From Candidatus Poribacteria bacterium (GTDB lineage: Bacteria > Poribacteria > WGA-4E > PCPOR2b), in contig OZ244042.1 in the NCBI GenBank assembly GCA_965215015.1, forward strand, positions 2,496,001 to 2,560,000: DNA of 64,000 nucleotides, read 5' to 3'. This document shows positions 59,775 through 64,000 of the stretch, in pieces (the stretch's first letter is position 1; every line of letters starts with the position of its first letter). Made by a program: the position numbers and the translations under genes. The notes beneath the pieces were generated by a model, which saw only the letters and a program-made list of their open reading frames with translations, was not told where the DNA came from and searched no databases.

Positions 59775-60824
59775 ATGACACTCAATCAACACCTTGATGA
59801 CATACACCACGATTTAACAAGAGGGGTATTTGCAAATGAGGCATCAGTTTCTCAGGGAATCATACTTAGGTTACTCGGTGCACTGGGTTGGCCAAAGTAT
59901 GATACGCAGGTTATCGTTCCTGAATATTCAGTTGAGGGTAGAAGGGTAGATTATGCTCTGTGCCACCCGCCGTCAAAGCCTCTAGTTTTCATTGAAGTCA
60001 AACAGGTTGGCCAAATTGAAGGGGCAGAGAGACAATTATTTGAATACGCTTTTCACACAGGGGTTCCAATCGCTGTCCTCACTGATGGTCGGGAATGGCA
60101 CTTTTTTCAACCGGGTGGCCAAGGAGATTACGGAGAACGTCGGGTATGTAAACTGGATCTGATCGAAACAGACAATGAGGAGATTTTGAAACGTCTTAAC
60201 CGATACTTGAAATACGAGTCGATACGCACCGGTGAAGCCATTACGGCAATCGAAAACGACTATCGGAATATCTCCAAGCAGAGACAGATTGAGAGAAGTT
60301 TGCCAGAGGCATGGACTAAATTGGTGGAGGACGCAGATGAATTTTTGATAGATGTAGTAGCGAAGATAACGGAAAGTCTGTGTGGGCATAAACCAACTAG
60401 CGAGCAAGTATTAGCTTTCCTGAAAAGCCTAAATAGGGATAGACCAACCCAGGGAGCCCCTTCTCCACCAACAGGCTCCGAGGATAGGCCACCCCCGAAA
60501 AAGGATCCTTCTCCACCAACAGACTCCTCGGGTAGAAAGCCATCGACAAACCTTATCGTAACTATGCCCAATAGAGAAAGGATTGCTCATCATAGCGCAA
60601 GGAAAACCTTTACTGAGGTAATTGAAAGGCTAGGAATAGATAGAGTGAGAAGTGTTTATCCTGATCTCTTCTCTACCTCGAAATTACCTTATAGCCATCG
60701 GGTTGGTCAGTATTATATAAAAGATGTGGCAGGCACAAGGACCAGAAAGCGAACCCTTGAACGTATTGCCGCCCGGCTTGGTGTAGAGTTGGAAATAGAG
60801 ATACGCCTCAAAGGATTGAATTAA
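59775..60824 (+). CDS. HsdR N-terminal-like PD-(D/E)xK nuclease with Pro-rich linker and C-terminal domain, copy 2 (intact)
   Basis: NEASV, PEY..RVDYAL..FIEVK..QLFEY..LTDG motifs. Confidence 0.85.
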   Translation: MTLNQHLDDIHHDLTRGVFANEASVSQGIILRLLGALGWPKYDTQVIVPEYSVEGRRVDYALCHPPSKPLVFIEVKQVGQIEGAERQLFEYAFHTGVPIAVLTDGREWHFFQPGGQGDYGERRVCKLDLIETDNEEILKRLNRYLKYESIRTGEAITAIENDYRNISKQRQIERSLPEAWTKLVEDADEFLIDVVAKITESLCGHKPTSEQVLAFLKSLNRDRPTQGAPSPPTGSEDRPPPKKDPSPPTDSSGRKPSTNLIVTMPNRERIAHHSARKTFTEVIERLGIDRVRSVYPDLFSTSKLPYSHRVGQYYIKDVAGTRTRKRTLERIAARLGVELEIEIRLKGLN

Positions 60825-61092
60825 TCAATCGAGGGTTGCAAGAATATCAATAACAGACATGGAGGCACACTGACCCATTGTTACAATCAGCGGCGACGCC
60901 TGTGATTTTATTGATGTTCTTAAGTTTTCAGCAGCCTCTGTTCTTAAGAGTTCTTCGATAAACTGGTTTTACGAAGAACTACACTTGTTCGTTAAGTTTT
61001 TAGTAAAGGAGCGAAACTGATTTCGTCTCCTTATGCCCGAAATGGGTGTTAAAATCATTTATAAAAAAAGGAGTTTCTGATTACAGCAAGCT

Positions 61093-61674
61093 ATGGATTT
61101 ACAACAGATTAACATCAAGGTCTTCGTCACAGAAGACAGTCATATCAATTACGAAAATTTCATCAGGGTTTTCAACCGATGGATGGCGGAAGGCGGCCCC
61201 GATGAATACCTGAACTACGCTGATTACTCGTTTACCTATGCGGGCCCCGGCGTTCTGCTAATTGCCAAAAGCACAAATTATAGCATAGATGCAGCCAGAA
61301 GTCGGCACGGCTTTCTTTATAACCGGAAGCATAAGGTAGACGGGGATAATCGCGAAAAAATTCATCAGGCATTCATCGAGACACTGCAAAGATGTGTCCG
61401 TTTAGAAGAAGCCGAAGAACTGGAGAACGCAGTGCATCTAAACGGGGATGAAATCCTATTTATGATTAATAACCGCCATATCGCGCCGAATACCCAAGAG
61501 ATGTTTGAGGCGATTCAACCGGATTTAACCGCTGTGCTTGAGCAGATGTACAGTGGGAATGACTTTACTGTTGAACGTACATCTGAAGATGTGCGGGAAC
61601 GGTTTGCAGTTCAAATCTCTGCGCGTTCAGGCAAAGGAATTTCGGATCTGCTAGCGAACTTGGAAAATAATTAG
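61093..61674 (+). CDS. Hypothetical protein of the sulfite reductase/moeB cluster
   Basis: AAGGAG upstream, 193 aa, ADYS..GPGVLL motif. Confidence 0.8.
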   Translation: MDLQQINIKVFVTEDSHINYENFIRVFNRWMAEGGPDEYLNYADYSFTYAGPGVLLIAKSTNYSIDAARSRHGFLYNRKHKVDGDNREKIHQAFIETLQRCVRLEEAEELENAVHLNGDEILFMINNRHIAPNTQEMFEAIQPDLTAVLEQMYSGNDFTVERTSEDVRERFAVQISARSGKGISDLLANLENN

Positions 61675-61712
61675 AATCAATTCTTTGCAGTTCACAACGA
61701 GGAAATTTTTAG

Positions 61713-62519
61713 ATGTACAATTTTAGTAATGAACAAATTGAGCGATATAGTCGACACATCATCCTCAAAGAGGTTGGGGGGATGGGGCAAACCAAGCTGC
61801 TTGAATCGAAGGTACTTCTCATCGGTGCAGGCGGGCTTGGATCACCTGCGGGGTTGTATCTAGCCGCAGCTGGTGTTGGAACGCTCGGAATCGTCGACGA
61901 CGATGTTGTAGATATGAGCAATCTCCAACGACAGGTTCTTCACGGAACGAGTGATGTGGGCAAACTGAAAACAGAGTCCGCAAAGGAAACGCTCGCAGAC
62001 ATCAATCCTGATGTTACAGTTATCACACATACTGAGAAGATTGTTTCGGCAAATGCTTTTGAAATCCTTGAGGATTACGACCTCATTGTTGATGGGTGTG
62101 ATAATTTACCGACCCGCTATCTGTTGAATGATGCCAGTGTGATGCTCGGCAAACCGATTGTGCATGGCAGCATCTTCCAGTTTGAAGGGCAGGTCACTGT
62201 GTTTCATCCCGGCGGGGGACCGTGCTACCGCTGCCTCTACCCGTCACCTCCGCCACCTGATATGGTGCCAAGTTGTCAAGAAGCGGGTGTGATTGGTGTG
62301 TTACCGGGCATTGTCGGGAATGTGCAAGCCGTTGAAGCCATCAAAGTTCTACTTGACATTGGGAAGCCGCTAATCGGTCAACTGCTTCTATTCAACGCTT
62401 TATCGATGGAGTTTAAGAAACTCACGCTTCGTCAAGACCCTGGATGTCCCGCCTGTGGTAAAAACCCAACGATTCACGAATTGATTGACTATGAAGAGTT
62501 TTGTCAAGTGCGTTGGTAA
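61713..62519 (+). CDS. moeB: MoeB/ThiF family adenylyltransferase
   Basis: RYSRHI, GAGGLG, SNLQRQ, PCYRC, SCQEAGV, CPAC. Confidence 0.93.
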   Translation: MYNFSNEQIERYSRHIILKEVGGMGQTKLLESKVLLIGAGGLGSPAGLYLAAAGVGTLGIVDDDVVDMSNLQRQVLHGTSDVGKLKTESAKETLADINPDVTVITHTEKIVSANAFEILEDYDLIVDGCDNLPTRYLLNDASVMLGKPIVHGSIFQFEGQVTVFHPGGGPCYRCLYPSPPPPDMVPSCQEAGVIGVLPGIVGNVQAVEAIKVLLDIGKPLIGQLLLFNALSMEFKKLTLRQDPGCPACGKNPTIHELIDYEEFCQVRW

Positions 62520-62542
62520 TCTATCAATCCTACACGCACAAC

Positions 62543-62580
62543 AAGCCCCAAGACAGGAGTATGGAGTCTTGGGGCTTTTT
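62543..62580 (+). terminator. Intrinsic terminator after moeB
   Basis: aagccccaagac..gtcttggggcttttt. Confidence 0.82.
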
Positions 62581-62715
62581 AGGTAACATCCGATTCTTGA
62601 TGCAACCCATCCCTACTTTTGTAGCAATATCTACCGCCGTGTCAAGACCTATAAAAAAGCGGCGTGGAGATTGGGTGCCTCGTCAAAAGCATGTTGTAGA
62701 GTGATATGTTTGTGC

Positions 62716-62744
62716 TTGACAGCACCTATGATGGGTGCTATACT
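62716..62744 (+). promoter_or_regulatory. Near-consensus sigma-70 promoter with a palindromic spacer
   Basis: TTGACA-N17-TATACT; agcacc-N7-ggtgct. Confidence 0.7.
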
Positions 62745-62863
62745 AAAGCCTATTCTAAAAAATAAATTGCACCCGCAATAAAGCCTATCCAATCGTGAGG
62801 CTGCGAAGATCTGGGCCTTTGAGGATAGGTCAATATAAAAACTGTGAAAGGAGCTATTGAATC

Positions 62864-63910
62864 ATGTTGACAAAAAGAGTGGTTTTATTAGGAATGATTG
62901 TATTGGCGGCTGTGTTGGTAACAACCGGACTCCATGCTAGCGGACAGTGGAACATTTTGCAACAAAGTGATCAAGAGGATGTTCGGAATTATAATGGAAT
63001 TGCTTTTGTGAGTCCCGAGGAGGGTTGGGTCGCCGGTGTTTCAGAGTTAGATATGGAGAATCCCGGATATATTGGGCACACCATGGACGGGGGTAAAACG
63101 TGGGAAAAACAAGAAGCGGGAGATCCTATCAATCAGATGCTCACAGATATCTACTTTTTTGATAAGAAACATGGGTGGGCAGTCGGAGAAGCAGGGTTGA
63201 TTGTTGGAACGGCAAACGCTGGCAAACGCTGGGATATCCAAACGAGCAAGGTCGGAAATGCTCTTAAAGGCGTTCACTTTGTGAGTCCCAAAACAGGTTA
63301 TGCGGTTGGAATGAATGAGACAATTGTTCAGACCAGCAACGGTGGAAAACAATGGAACCTGCTTCGCGGCGGTGAGGTTGCCGCTGCTGTGGGCGATGAA
63401 GAAACAATCGTGTTTAATGCTGTTCAATTTATTGATGAGTCTAGCGGCTGGGTGACAGGGGTTAGGATTAGTCCGGAAACCGGGGGCCAAGATGGCTTAG
63501 TTCAGAAAACTACTGATGGCGGACAAACATGGATGGACCAACCCACAAATATCTCGGATATTCTCGAAGACATTTTCTTTATAGATGCCGATAACGGTTG
63601 GACGGTTGGGGAAAACGGAGTCGTCTTACACACCACAAACGGTGGTAATACTTGGGATATTCAAACAAGTGGGACGGAGGAAAAGCTATTGAGTGTCAGC
63701 TTTGCCGATACTGCTGTCGGCTGGGCCACTGGGGGCGATCTCGGCGTCAACGTTATCATTCATACAACCGACGGTGGAACGACATGGGTAACGCAGACCA
63801 TTGAGGACCCCGTTATTAGTAAGATGCCTGTGTATGGTGTTTTTGCGTTAGACGCAAAGAACGTTTGGGCTACAGGTCTGAACGGTTTTGTTTTGTCATC
63901 TTCAAAGTAG
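62864..63910 (+). CDS. YCF48-like / BNR-repeat beta-propeller secreted protein
   Basis: Signal peptide; repeated TxDGGxTW and GWAVG motifs. Confidence 0.9.
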   Translation: MLTKRVVLLGMIVLAAVLVTTGLHASGQWNILQQSDQEDVRNYNGIAFVSPEEGWVAGVSELDMENPGYIGHTMDGGKTWEKQEAGDPINQMLTDIYFFDKKHGWAVGEAGLIVGTANAGKRWDIQTSKVGNALKGVHFVSPKTGYAVGMNETIVQTSNGGKQWNLLRGGEVAAAVGDEETIVFNAVQFIDESSGWVTGVRISPETGGQDGLVQKTTDGGQTWMDQPTNISDILEDIFFIDADNGWTVGENGVVLHTTNGGNTWDIQTSGTEEKLLSVSFADTAVGWATGGDLGVNVIIHTTDGGTTWVTQTIEDPVISKMPVYGVFALDAKNVWATGLNGFVLSSSK

Positions 63911-63973
63911 AACCTATCAGTTTGATTGCAACCCTAAGTTAGGAGAATCTATTTTCAAAAATTGAGGTGATAG

Positions 63974-64000
63974 ATGAATTTTGCAGATCGAATGGACCGT
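63974..64000 (+). CDS. Partial CDS start (MNFADRMDR), product not determinable
   Basis: GAGGTG RBS and ATG; runs off the window. Confidence 0.55.

Larger units (their letters stand above)
58066..61180 (+). repeat. Tandem direct duplication, units about 58066-59627 and 59628-61180
   Basis: Both units start atacggaaccaatgttgg and end ttcaaccgat; 2-nt 'at' overlap at the junction. Confidence 0.95.

Noticed and set aside
58731-60824. Diversity-generating retroelement TR/VR pair
   Set aside because: Differences are not confined to adenines, include indels, and no reverse transcriptase is present
299-63490. Numerous antisense or overlapping ORFs in the six-frame track
   Set aside because: They are shadows of well-supported genes on the other strand or frame

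Overview
Bacterial chromosomal window, probably Candidatus Poribacteria or a relative (inferred from the many Gfo/Idh/MocA, PhyH, NHL, HEAT, DUF1080 and Uma2 genes; not verifiable here). 0.1-17.6 kb is a minus-strand phosphate-starvation locus: phoB, TonB-dependent receptor, surface lipoprotein, TonB, porin, a PhoU fused to an ArsC/LMW-PTP-like domain lacking its nucleophilic Cys, pstSCA and two complementarily degenerate pstB genes. Three promoters show Pho box + 10 bp + -10 geometry. The locus is interrupted by a decaying sigma-factor/secreted-protein/TolB-like cassette and a 226-bp IS200/IS605-like non-coding element. 18-35 kb holds oxidoreductases, PhyH dioxygenases, the acyltransferase-lptCAB-rpoN-hpf-hprK-ptsH operon (sigma-54 carries an ~80-aa insert) and rsgA. 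36-52 kb holds secreted/outer-membrane proteins, an ABC transporter + DUF1854 pair, a DUF3179 selenoprotein (UxxC with a SECIS-like hairpin) and two pseudogenes. 52-64 kb holds an IS4 element and a sulfite-reductase-TusA ... moeB sulfur cluster. That cluster is split by a defence-like island: a HEPN-like protein ending in an antitoxin tail, a PIN toxin, and a ~1.55-kb tandem duplication of an HsdR_N-type nuclease with a diversified C-terminal domain. Two families of short inverted-repeat-bounded elements with variable, nested interiors recur in intergenic regions. No rRNA, tRNA or CRISPR array was recognised.
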